A DNA stretch of 56,507 bases, filler included, from Malassezia furfur (taxonomy: Eukaryota): NCBI GenBank assembly GCA_052055015.1. It is 3 parts of 3 records of this genome, joined end to end, with 100 filler letters (N's around TTAATTAATTAA, not from the genome) between each part and the next. Parts side by side here need not be neighbours in the genome. Positions count along the whole stretch, not along the records: positions 1 to 18,788 come from JBQJIT010000200.1; positions 18,889 to 37,656 come from JBQJIT010000201.1; 1 more part is not named here. One strand, 5' to 3'. The position numbers were made by a program, and so were the translations under genes. Of this stretch, positions 10,505-19,865 are shown piece by piece. A model generated the notes under the pieces. That model was not told the DNA's origin and did not search any database. It worked only from the letters and a program-made list of their open reading frames with translations. Positions within the stretch are counted from its first letter, which is position 1; the number at the start of each line of letters is the position of its first letter.

Positions 10505-12558
10505 CTACGGCTGGCCGCTCACATGCCCAGCGCTCACGGGTACCGTCGGCAAGGGGGGTTTGGGCGGGCGTGTCTCGCCCTGTGCAGTCGCATGAGGCGT
10601 TAGCCCACGCGCCCATGTCTGTTCGACAGGTGCGGTCGCTGACGCTGACGACGTGAGTAGAGAATCGGTCGCAGGCACCGAAGCGCCGTCGCCCCTGTCG
10701 TCTTCGATGGCGCGACGCTTTCCTAGTGCCTTCTCGCTTGGGTGCGTCAGGTCATGCAGGGTCTCTGATGCGTCGTCAGGTGCAGGCGCATCATGCAGTA
10801 CAGGGCTCCGTAGCTGCGTCTCCTGTGCTTCCTGCATACGGCCATAGAGGTTGAGAGCTTCTCCGAGCGTGCTCAGCGATTCGAGTACATCAGCGAGCAG
10901 GGCCTCGGCACCAGCCGCCGCCTCGTCCGAGGAATGGGACAGTTCGGCGTACTCCGATGTCCATGCGAGCTCAGAAAGCAGCGTGTCTTGCGACCCCTGC
11001 ACTTTCTCCAGAAACTCGTCCACCAACGCCGAGTGGAGGCCCTCGAAAGAGAGCGTTTCGGTGAAGACCGACGCATTGGACTTGGCCAGTTGGCACTCGT
11101 GGTATACGTATGACACATGCTCCGCAGTATCTTCGGTCACAGGGTGTGCCATGGGGCTGGGCATGGACGTCGCATCGCGTACACCCAGCTCCTCGCCATT
11201 GGCTAAGTCGAAGGGCAGCGATCGGTGCGACGCACTGGTTGGCAGGCGCGACTCGGATGAGAGTGCGAGCGGAGAGACGTCGTTGGTCGTGAGCGACATA
11301 TCGCCCAGTTGTGCGTCCAGTGTCGGAGTAGCAAGCTCCGTATGATTCACGGGCGGAGCTAGGCCCTGGTCTTGCGCGGGGCGGCGGATCTCGAGCGAGG
11401 CTGGTATCGCCTGGGTTCGTGCCGGCGGCGCGGGAAGCTGCTCGGCGGGAAGGCTCCGTTGCGTGTGGTCATGAGGGTCGTGAGGATTCGTATCAAGCAT
11501 GTAGAGAGGGACAAACTGTCCATCAGCAGGGGATGGGTCAGGGCTCCCGCCGAAGAGTGCATGCTGCAATGGTTCACCTGTCTCGGCGCTGTTCTCGGGG
11601 CGTACGCGTGCCCATAGGCGTGCCACGGGGCGCAAGCGCTGTGATGTTTTGGACTGCGTGAGATAAAAAACGTACTCGATAAGCCAGTGCACTCAGCACC
11701 TGTAGCGTATCCTCCCGCAGTTCGGGGAAGGTAAGTGAGTTGTTCAAAATGTCTTCCAGAATGCCGAGCAGTTGTGTGTTGGCCGCGTACGTGCCAAACG
11801 TCCCCCCTGCTGAGAACGACCACAGGCCCCATGCCCGTACCGCACGCCGTTGCACGTGGAGGTCGCCACTCCGGAGCTCGAGACGCAGGGTGCGCACCGC
11901 CTCTTTGCTGTTTGCTTCCGACGAATGGATCAAGTCGCCCAGCGCGTGTACACGGCGCCAGTCATCAGGGCGCGGAAAAGCTCGGCAGAACATGCCTGTG
12001 TGAGTGAAAGGACGTACTGATCTCCATCGACAGCTGCTGGCTGTCGTTCGGTTCATTCTCGCGTGTTTCTTCTGGCTGTCGACGAGGCGGGTCAGACGCA
12101 TTATGCGTGCGTTTCCATTTAAACAGCCCACTTGACCGATCGCGCTGCCGCTGGCGTTCTCCGCTCGGTGCTTCGGAGGCACGCGGGTGATATACGGGAT
12201 AAGGCGACGATGTGGAATCCTCGGTGTGCGTACTTGCACCAAGATCGGTTGGACAATGACCTTGTGACCATGTACCGGAGCGCCGCAAGGGGGCGTCACG
12301 AGACCGCGGGTGCTTGGATCCATCGTTCATCAAGATCGGTCCATCTCGTGCAATGTTGCGTTCACGCCGCGCTGCGAGCCAAAAGGCTGATGCGAGGCTG
12401 TGCGTATCGCGTTCTTTGCGTGCATCGTTCGCATAGACTTCGCCGTACGTGGGATATGTAGTCTGTGCACTGCTCGTCTGCAATGTCGGTGGTTCCGCCG
12501 GCGCTGGCTCGCTATCCTCCACACGGTTCGGTGCTTTGCGCGCCAGCAGCCTTCGCAT
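10505..12558 (-). CDS. VHS + GAT domain protein (Lsb5/TOM1-like), 669 aa, 2 introns (11996-12017, 11654-11675)
   Basis: SKEAVRTLRLELRSGDLHVQRRAVRAW (VHS-like) and ECQLAKSNASVFTETL..LVDEFLEKVQGSQ (GAT-like). Two 22-nt introns join three ORF-track fragments in frame, in both copies. Confidence 0.7.
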
Positions 12559-12994
12559 CTGTGGGGCGTACCACCAAGAGCCGTGGTGGTTTAGTCAGCG
12601 TCCCTGGCGGGCTGAGTGCGAAACGTGTCGAGCACGTGCCTACCCCACAGATTATGATGTCACCGTGCCATGCCCAATGACGTTATTAGTCGAGTCAACC
12701 CAAGGTTTCGAAAGGTTGGGCTGCAATCCAGGGCACGGGGCATGCGGTCAATACGGTTGGTCCACACAGTCTAAATCTTTCTGGGCGCAATATACCCAGC
12801 GATCCATAATGACCGAACCCTGCATGCGGTGGGGCCAGGGCCAGGGAAAACGAGTTTGACCGCAAGCAGGCGATGGGCTGCTAATTCTCTGAGCCGTAGA
12901 TCCTTCCCTATTGCCACTCAATATAAGTTCGGCGTTTATACAATACGTGGATCTTGAAGATCTACTGTTCGTGTCCTCCTGCGATTGAACGGCA
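12559..12994. promoter_or_regulatory. Divergent promoter (VHS-GAT gene / Ran1-like kinase) with conserved blocks and CRE-like sites
   Basis: Blocks 12724-12751 and 12806-12845 are identical in contig C. TGATGTCA at 12655-12662; TGACGTTA at 12678-12685 (TGACGTCA at 43859-43866). Confidence 0.5.
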
Positions 12995-14098
12995 ATGCCA
13001 CGCACGTCCGCGACGCAACAGCCCAAGCTGGTCGGTCAGCGCATTGGTCATGGCCGGTACGAACTCGAATCTGTCCTGGGCGTGGGTGCGTACGGTGTTG
13101 TGTACCGTGCTTTCGACCTGAGAAGCAAGCAGACTAGCAAAAAGACCTCATCCGTCGACCTTGGCCAAGCGCCAAACTGGAACGACTCCCGTGAATATGT
13201 CGCGGTCAAGTGTCTCGACAAGAGTCAAATGGACTCTCGGCAGCGGTCGTTCCAACACCGCGAAACGCTACTGCACACAATGACTTCGTCTCACCCTAAC
13301 GTCGTCTCTCTACACGAAATTATCGACGAAGAGAATGCAGCATTCATTTTTATTGTGATGGAATACTGTCCCAACGGGGATCTGTTTTCCATGATTATCG
13401 AGAAGCAGCGCTATGCTGTGACCACGGAGCCACCCATGCTCGATACCAAGTATGAGGACGGGCGGCCCCTGCCGGACGATGCCCAGCTTCTTCAGAAACA
13501 CATCGCCATGGACATGGTGATCAAGGAAATCTTCAACCAGATCCTGGATGCTGTCGAGCATTGCCATTCCCTCCGCATCTACCACCGTGACCTGAAGCCA
13601 GACAACATCCTGTGCAGCCACGATGGTGCCAAGGTTTTCTTGGGCGACTTTGGACTGGCGACGGGCGACCGATGGAGTAAAGACTTTGGGTGCGGCAGCA
13701 CGTTTTACATGGGCCCTGAGTGCCAGGGCGGCCTTGGCGGCCGCGTCTCTCAATACAATACTGCGGCAAATGACGTGTGGTCGCTAGGCGTGATTTTGAT
13801 CAACCTCATCTGTGGCCGCAACCCGTGGAAGCAGGCCACTATGAAGGACGAAATCTTCCGCGAATACATCCGCGACCCCGACTACCTTCTGAGAATTTTG
13901 CCCATCACACCCGAGACCAACGCGGTGCTCAAGCGTATTTTCACCCTGCGCCCCGAGCTACGCTGCTCGATTCGCGACTTGCGGCGATGGGTGAACGCTA
14001 TTCCACGATTGCGTGCGACACCGTTGGACATTTGGCATCGCCAGCACCCGTCCAAGGCATTGCATATTCCATATCGGATCGCACGCGTTCAAGCATAA
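12995..14098 (+). CDS. Ran1/Pat1-Sks1/Vhs1 family Ser/Thr kinase, 367 aa
   Basis: LGVGAYGVVY, YHRDLKPDNIL, DFGLAT, FGCGSTFYMGPEC, ANDVWSLGVILINLICGRNPWKQA. Confidence 0.9.
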   Translation: MPRTSATQQPKLVGQRIGHGRYELESVLGVGAYGVVYRAFDLRSKQTSKKTSSVDLGQAPNWNDSREYVAVKCLDKSQMDSRQRSFQHRETLLHTMTSSHPNVVSLHEIIDEENAAFIFIVMEYCPNGDLFSMIIEKQRYAVTTEPPMLDTKYEDGRPLPDDAQLLQKHIAMDMVIKEIFNQILDAVEHCHSLRIYHRDLKPDNILCSHDGAKVFLGDFGLATGDRWSKDFGCGSTFYMGPECQGGLGGRVSQYNTAANDVWSLGVILINLICGRNPWKQATMKDEIFREYIRDPDYLLRILPITPETNAVLKRIFTLRPELRCSIRDLRRWVNAIPRLRATPLDIWHRQHPSKALHIPYRIARVQA

Positions 14099-14160
14099 TT
14101 TTTTCTGGTATGACTCGATGGACACAAGAGAGTTTGTTTATGGGCATACCCTGTATATGA

Positions 14161-15025
14161 TCAGACACGAACACTACGCGCAGGGTAGTATGATACCGCA
14201 TTTGTATGCATATAGGTCGAACACATGACATAAAGGTAACGAAACCACACCAACTGCGACGCATGTTCCCGCATCGCTGCCAAAGCGCGGAGATAACGGT
14301 ACGGCGTGACGAGCGTACGCAGGTCGTCGCGAGATGTTAGCGTGTCCATCACTGCGACTAACATTCCGCCAAACTTGGTCCAAACGGAGCGCGAATGAAG
14401 AATTAGAAGATCAGGCTGTTGGACAAGGAGTGACTGGGCGCGGCGCGCACCGTGGTAAGTAGCAATGTGGTTGGAGTGCTGGGATACGCCGCGTGCGTCA
14501 AAAGTCAAGATCTGGTCAGTGTATGCCACACGTACGGCATCGACATCGCTCTCTCCAATGTGCTCTGTGATCCGTTGCGCAATGTACGTGGGGTCCCACA
14601 CCGTGTCCATGCCGTCGAGCAGGTACCTGCGTGAGTTTGGGCGCAACGCACGGATCATGCAGGCATGTAACGTTGTCAGAAGGAACACCGAGAACCTCGT
14701 AGCTCGCTAGTAGCTCCGTCTTACGTCGGTTTCCGAGCCCTAGTGCATCGCCTAGGTTAGTGCTTGCGTGATACTTACCTTGTGAGAGGCACAGCGCCGT
14801 AATGGAGACGTGTTGGTCGCGCAAGGCCAGGATCGTCGGTGCAAAAAACATGCATTCATCGTCGGGGTGCGCAGTGACGACAAGTACATGACGCCATGTC
14901 GGGTGGTACATTGCACCATCGAGGTATAAGCCCGCATACCACCACTGCAGCAGAGCTATGCTTGCGAACAGGATGACGCCTACGCGCCCCCACCGCGCTC
15001 GGCCCCCGCGTGCAAAGCGGCGCAT
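14161..15025 (-). CDS. GPI12: GlcNAc-PI de-N-acetylase (PIG-L), 262 aa, 3 introns (14752-14778, 14627-14651, 14512-14535)
   Basis: N-terminal transmembrane segment, VTAHPDDECMFFAPTI, ILTFD..GVSQHSNH and AMREHASQLVWFRYLY. Spliced length 789 nt in both copies. Confidence 0.92.
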
Positions 15026-15070
15026 GTGGAGAGAGCACAAGCCAGGCAATCACGCGCGAAACTACTTCTT

Positions 15071-15928
15071 CTACTGGGTCTTCTGCGAGCGGGTCGCAGC
15101 GCGCGTCGCATACGGACGTGCAGAGGTCTGGGTGGCTAGCACCGATTCACCACTAGCCTTGCTCGCCTGCTTGCGCTCCGCAGCCTCCTTGTAGATGTTG
15201 GACGTGAACGGTCTGGACGGTGAGTCAGGTAGTTACGTACCCTTCAAACTGCAGCGCAACGGCATACGTTACGATGACCACCAAGCTGAGCAGCAGGCCA
15301 GCTGGTTTGGCGTACCACAGTGCGACGGCGATGAAGTTGGCCGAGCTGCCCCAATACATGGGGTCGGCGACGACGTTGAAGGGGAAGCCCGTGACCATAT
15401 GGTCCATCAGGATGCCGAAGTAGTCGCCAAGGTACGTGCCAGTCACGCCCAGCACATACATGGACGAGATAACGAGCACGTTGCCCACGGCGAACAGCAC
15501 GACGGCGAGCGCACGCACGGCGTTGTTCTCCAGCGCGGGGTTGGTCGGCTGCGCAGCAAGCGCCCGGTTGTACAGCATATCGCGCAGGATGCCGAGCGAG
15601 AAGATGGTCACGGCCAATAGGTAGCAACCAAGGTACCTGCGTCCACCCAAGAGCTTGGTGATGGTGCGGTTGCGGTGTTCTGGATCAGGTGAGTCACGCA
15701 CCGTTCTGGGCAACAATGTTCCAGAAGGTCGGGTTGAAAAGGCTGCGTGAGTTGTGGCACGTACATGGAGGCCACCGCGATCCACAGCGAAGGCTGCGTC
15801 AGATCCACCATGCCCTTCACGACATAGGGACTCGCTTGGTGCGGCGTAAACAACTTCTCGTACGCGTGCTGGGCGAACGTGGCCATGGCGTCGGTGGGCA
15901 ACCCCGCGCTGCGTTGCTGAGTCAGCAT
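15071..15928 (-). CDS. OPI3: Phospholipid N-methyltransferase Opi3/Pem2, 3 introns (15743-15764, 15680-15701, 15213-15240)
   Basis: Spliced LFNPTFWNIVAQNE, LGVTGTYLGDYFGILM, GFPFNVVADPMYWGS and FEGPFTSNIY. The true start may be the ATG at 15886. Confidence 0.93.
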
Positions 15929-15957
15929 CGTGGCTTGCGTGGCACGCACCGACGACC

Positions 15958-17109
15958 ATGGCGGACGCGTACCTAGAATCGGCGCTGCAGAGCACCGCGA
16001 CGCCTGCGGAGCTGCGCCCCTTTTACGAACAGTTCCGTGAGCTGCATAGTAAAAAGCTGTGGTACCAGCTCACGCTTCTGATTGACGAGTTCCTGCGTCA
16101 TCCGGCGTCCCAACAGGGTACCTACCAGATCGACCTGTACGAGAACTTCGTGTATACGTTTGCCAAGAACATCAACCACCTCAAGCTCGCGAGCTTTGGC
16201 GTGATTGTTTCGCGGCAGTTTTCTGATGCTGCCAAGGCGTACGATTTCCTGCATGCCTTGGCCACGGAGGCTGAAGAAAAGGACTGGCAGGACGCTTATG
16301 TGCTGCTGTCGATGGAGGCGGCGCATTTCCAGCTGCTGCTGGGCGATGTCGTGGCCACCAAAACGGCGATGGACAAGGCATCCAAGGTGCTGGACACGTT
16401 CGACTCGGTCGAGCCTGTGGTCCATGCGTCGTTCTACCGCGTGAGCGGCAACTACTACAAGTCGAAGGCCGAGTACGCGGACTATTACCGCAACTTCTTG
16501 CTGTTCCTCGCATGTATCAACTATGAGACAGAGATGAGCGTGGCGGAGCAGGTGCAGTGCGCGCACGACCTCGCCATCTCGGCGTTGCTGGGCGACACCA
16601 TCTACAATTTTGGTGAGCTGCTGCTCCACCCCATTCTCACGACGCTGCGCGACACGGAGTATGCGTGGCTGAGAGACATGCTCGTGGCCTTCAATGCGGG
16701 TGACATTGGACGTTTTGAGTCGCTGATCCCCCGCCTTGGGCAGGAGCCGATCCTCGAAACGAATGTGGCGTTTTTACGGCAAAAGATCTGCCTGATGGCG
16801 CTCATTGAAAATGTGTTCAAACGCTCGACCGACAACCGGACGTTGTCGTTTGAAACGATTGCACAAGAAACGCACATCCCTGTCGACGAGGTCGAGCACC
16901 TCGTGATGAAGGCGCTGGGCCTCGGCCTGATTCGCGGGGCGATCGACGAGGCAGCGCAGCTCGTGCGCATTACGTGGGTGCAGCCGCGCGTGCTCGACAC
17001 GAACCAGACCAAGGCACTGCTTGCGCGGCTGTCTGGGTGGTGCGACCGCGTGCAGCACGTGTCCGAGTTCGTCAAGACGCAGTCGCCCGAGCTGCTGGGC
17101 AATGCATAG
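15958..17109 (+). CDS. RPN9: 26S proteasome lid subunit Rpn9 (PCI domain), 383 aa
   Basis: KKLWYQLT, AISALLGDTIYNFGELLLHPIL, FLRQKICLMALIE and VEHLVMKALGLGLIRGAID..TWVQPRVL. Confidence 0.95.
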   Translation: MADAYLESALQSTATPAELRPFYEQFRELHSKKLWYQLTLLIDEFLRHPASQQGTYQIDLYENFVYTFAKNINHLKLASFGVIVSRQFSDAAKAYDFLHALATEAEEKDWQDAYVLLSMEAAHFQLLLGDVVATKTAMDKASKVLDTFDSVEPVVHASFYRVSGNYYKSKAEYADYYRNFLLFLACINYETEMSVAEQVQCAHDLAISALLGDTIYNFGELLLHPILTTLRDTEYAWLRDMLVAFNAGDIGRFESLIPRLGQEPILETNVAFLRQKICLMALIENVFKRSTDNRTLSFETIAQETHIPVDEVEHLVMKALGLGLIRGAIDEAAQLVRITWVQPRVLDTNQTKALLARLSGWCDRVQHVSEFVKTQSPELLGNA

Positions 17110-17137
17110 ACCGCCGCGCCGTAGCTCCCACCTCCAC

Positions 17138-18788
17138 ATGCCCAAGCACCGGCTGGACCAGCGGCAGCGTGCGACGCCGGGCATCGGCGCGCGGTGCGCG
17201 CACCCGCCGAGCGCGTTTGCGCAGTCCGTGTCAACGTCGGCACTCGAGGCAATTGTGGCGCCCATCGAGCTTGCGCACGACGCGCCTGCCGCGCACTTCC
17301 GCAACTGGGCGGGCGTCTACCATTCGGACGCGGCGACGCACGACGGCGCGTTTGCGCATACCCAGCGGCGCGTCTTTGCGCCGCACTCGGTCGAGCAGGT
17401 GGTCGCGATCGTGGAGCTTGCGCGCCGGGGTGGCACACACGGAACGACGCCCATCCCCGTGCGCGCAATTGGGCGCGTCCACAGCCCAAGCGATTTGCCC
17501 TTCTCGCTCGGGTGGAGCATTCGTACCGATGAGCTGCAGGGCGTCGTGCACGTCGATGCGGATGCGTGCACGGCAACGATGCTCGCAGGTACTTACCTCG
17601 AAACCATTACGCGTGTACTCGCTCAGCATGACCCACCGCTCGGCCTTCACAACCTGGGCTCCATCTCGGAGCAGACGATTGCGGGGGTAATTTCCACCGC
17701 GACACATGGGTCGGGCATCCATTTCCCCGTGCTGTCGGCGCATGTCGAGCGGCTTGAGCTCGTGTGCCCGCTGCTGACCGGCGCGCAGGTCGTGACGTGC
17801 AGCCGTACGGAGCGCGCCGACTTGTTCAACGCGTCGCTGTGTGGCCTGGGTGCCACGGGCGTGATTGTGAGCGTCACGCTGTCGGTAGAGCACGCGTTCC
17901 GCCTGGAGCAGATCACCGAGGACGTGCCCTTGCACGCACTCCTGGGCGACACGCCGCCGCCATCGTCCCTGCAGCCCGAGATCCTGGCGCGCGAGCCGTA
18001 CACCACTTTTACCCACAACCCCGCCGCGCTCGGTGTGCTGCTGGCGGCCGGTGTCGATTTGCCCGCGGCACCCGCCTACGTACCCCCACCACGGTCTGCG
18101 TCACCGAGCGACGTGTACCCGTACGTGCCTGTCGAGGCGCCGGGCGCACAGCCGGTTGACTGGAACGCCGGAGAGGCGACGCGCGCCGTGCAACAGCGGA
18201 TCGAGGCGCTCGTGGCGTCCGCCGAACACGTGCGACTGCTCCTCTTCCCCCAGGCTGAGATGGTGACGATCGATCGTGCGCGGCGCACCGAGAAGCCCGC
18301 AGACGCACCGAGCGCCGCCTCCGCACTGTACCACCGTGTCGTGCACTACCACCTCTCCCAATTTTTGCTGTTCTCGGCGCGCTTTCACGCGGGGCTGCCG
18401 CAGCGTGTCGCGCGCTGGATCTACCGCTGGACGCACACATCGCCACCGCGGGTGCCGCGCGAAGCGGGTGCGGCGCCGCCCGTTGCGGGGCTTACGCCCC
18501 TGTCGACATCGTCGGCCGTGCAGGTGCGCGTGGATGCGGCGCCCAACGTGTTCAACTTTGACTGCCTCTTCCCGCAATATACGTACGAGTACGCAATCCC
18601 GTACGAGTACGCCGGCGCGGCGCTACGGGCGCTGCGAGCGTGGCTGGATGAGGAGCATGCGCGCCCTGACGGCGTGCGGCCCCACTTCCCCGTCGAGGTG
18701 CGCTTTGTGGATGCCGACGGGATCTACATGAGTCACTGCTACGGGCGCAAGACGTGCTTTATTGGCATCATCCAGTTCCGCCCGTACG
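17138..18788 (+). CDS. ALO1: D-arabinono-1,4-lactone oxidase / L-gulonolactone oxidase family FAD oxidase (3'-truncated at contig end)
   Basis: FRNWAG, GRVHSPSD (covalent-FAD His), LGSISEQTIAGVISTATHGSG, CGLGATG, FNFDCLFPQYTYEYAIP and HFPVEVRF. Confidence 0.88.
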
Positions 18789-18888
18789 NNNNNNNNNNNN
18801 NNNNNNNNNNNNNNNNNNNNNNNNNNNNNNNNTTAATTAATTAANNNNNNNNNNNNNNNNNNNNNNNNNNNNNNNNNNNNNNNNNNNN
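18789..18888. other. Artificial contig linker
   Basis: N44-TTAATTAATTAA-N44, exactly 100 nt, with stops in all six frames; identical linker at 37657-37756. Confidence 0.98.
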
Positions 18889-19673
18889 TCAGCCTGCCGA
18901 TGGTGCCCTCGAACGGCATTGCAGCGAGCCGCAGCGGCACGACCCAGCTCCTGCCCGACTACGAGAGCCCCCACGTGCGCGTGCGCCACAAGCTCAAGGT
19001 CAAGTTGCGCTTTGGGTACGGCGCGAGCCAGCTCGCGGTCAATGCGGGCACGCAGAGCCTTGTGATGTGCGTGCCTGTGCGCTTCACCGAGTCGCCGCCG
19101 CCCGAGGCGCTCGCCCAGGCCGCGCCCATCATCTTCCCCCCGTCTGCACAAAAGTGCGTGCCCGCGGAAGGCGAGACCAATGTCCCGGTCCCGGCGGCGT
19201 ACACGCAGGCGACACACTCTGCGTTCCAGCCGAATGCCGAGGGCGACGAGCCCTACCTCCCTGCCTACATCCAGCTGTTCCGCGAGGATGGCTCGCGGCT
19301 CGTTGATGACTCCGAGACCCTGCCGCGCTACCCCAGCGTGCAGGACACTCCGCACGCGCCGACGGAGCGCGACGTGGCGTTTGCCGCGTACCTCGAAAAT
19401 GCATTGGTGCTGGCCGCGGACGACGAGCGCGAGGTCAAGACGGCCGCGCCCACGAGCGTCGTCGACACGCTGCACACTGCCGACGAGCTGTTCGAGGCGG
19501 ACGCCGCCGAGGTCGGCCCGCAGATCCGCGTGGACGACGACATGCTCGATGCCGAGATGCAGCAGACGTCGGTGATGACGGGCGCGAATGGGCTCGACTA
19601 CGACCTCGAGCTCGATGCGCGCGAGATGAACGGCGCACGCTCGCCGAATGTGTTTACCGATGCGCATTCATAG
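18889..19673 (+). CDS. 3' part of an alpha-arrestin-like (ART) adaptor, 5'-truncated
   Basis: LLPDYESPHVRVRHKLKVKLRF..LVMCVPVRF resembles the end of an arrestin-C domain and is followed by PY-like motifs (LPAY, LPRY). Confidence 0.55.
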
Positions 19674-19865
19674 ATACCCGGACTAGATGTGCGATGTTTA
19701 TAGTGGTACCGGGGGGTGGGCGACACGGGGCCAGCCGTGCGGCGCCGTGCGGAACGGTGCCGCACGCCGGGCCGCGTCCGCGGCGTCGGGCCGCACCCGC
19801 GCCCCTGGCTGCTACGCCACAGTGTATCGCACGTCTCGTTATCGTCTCGAGAGACTAGCTACGCA

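Larger units (their letters stand above)
1..18788 (+). repeat. Contig A: copy 1 of a ~18.8 kb block that also occurs, diverged and reverse-complemented, at 37757-56507
   Basis: Same 13 genes in the same order and relative orientation as contig C, with shared intron positions and many synonymous differences. Confidence 0.97.

Noticed and set aside
12500..14600. Local drop in GC content as a centromere or horizontally acquired island
   Set aside because: The drop is modest, the region is filled with ordinary fungal genes present in both copies, and there is no strongly AT-rich gene-free core.
14771..14780. ATACTTACCT resembling the 5' end of U1 snRNA
   Set aside because: It is the reverse complement of the GPI12 intron 1 donor site (AG/GTAAGTAT) inside a coding gene.
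18833..18844. TTAATTAATTAA as a biological motif (piggyBac TTAA target or PacI site)
   Set aside because: It is centred in N-runs, identical at both gaps and gives stops in six frames, which marks a pipeline spacer.
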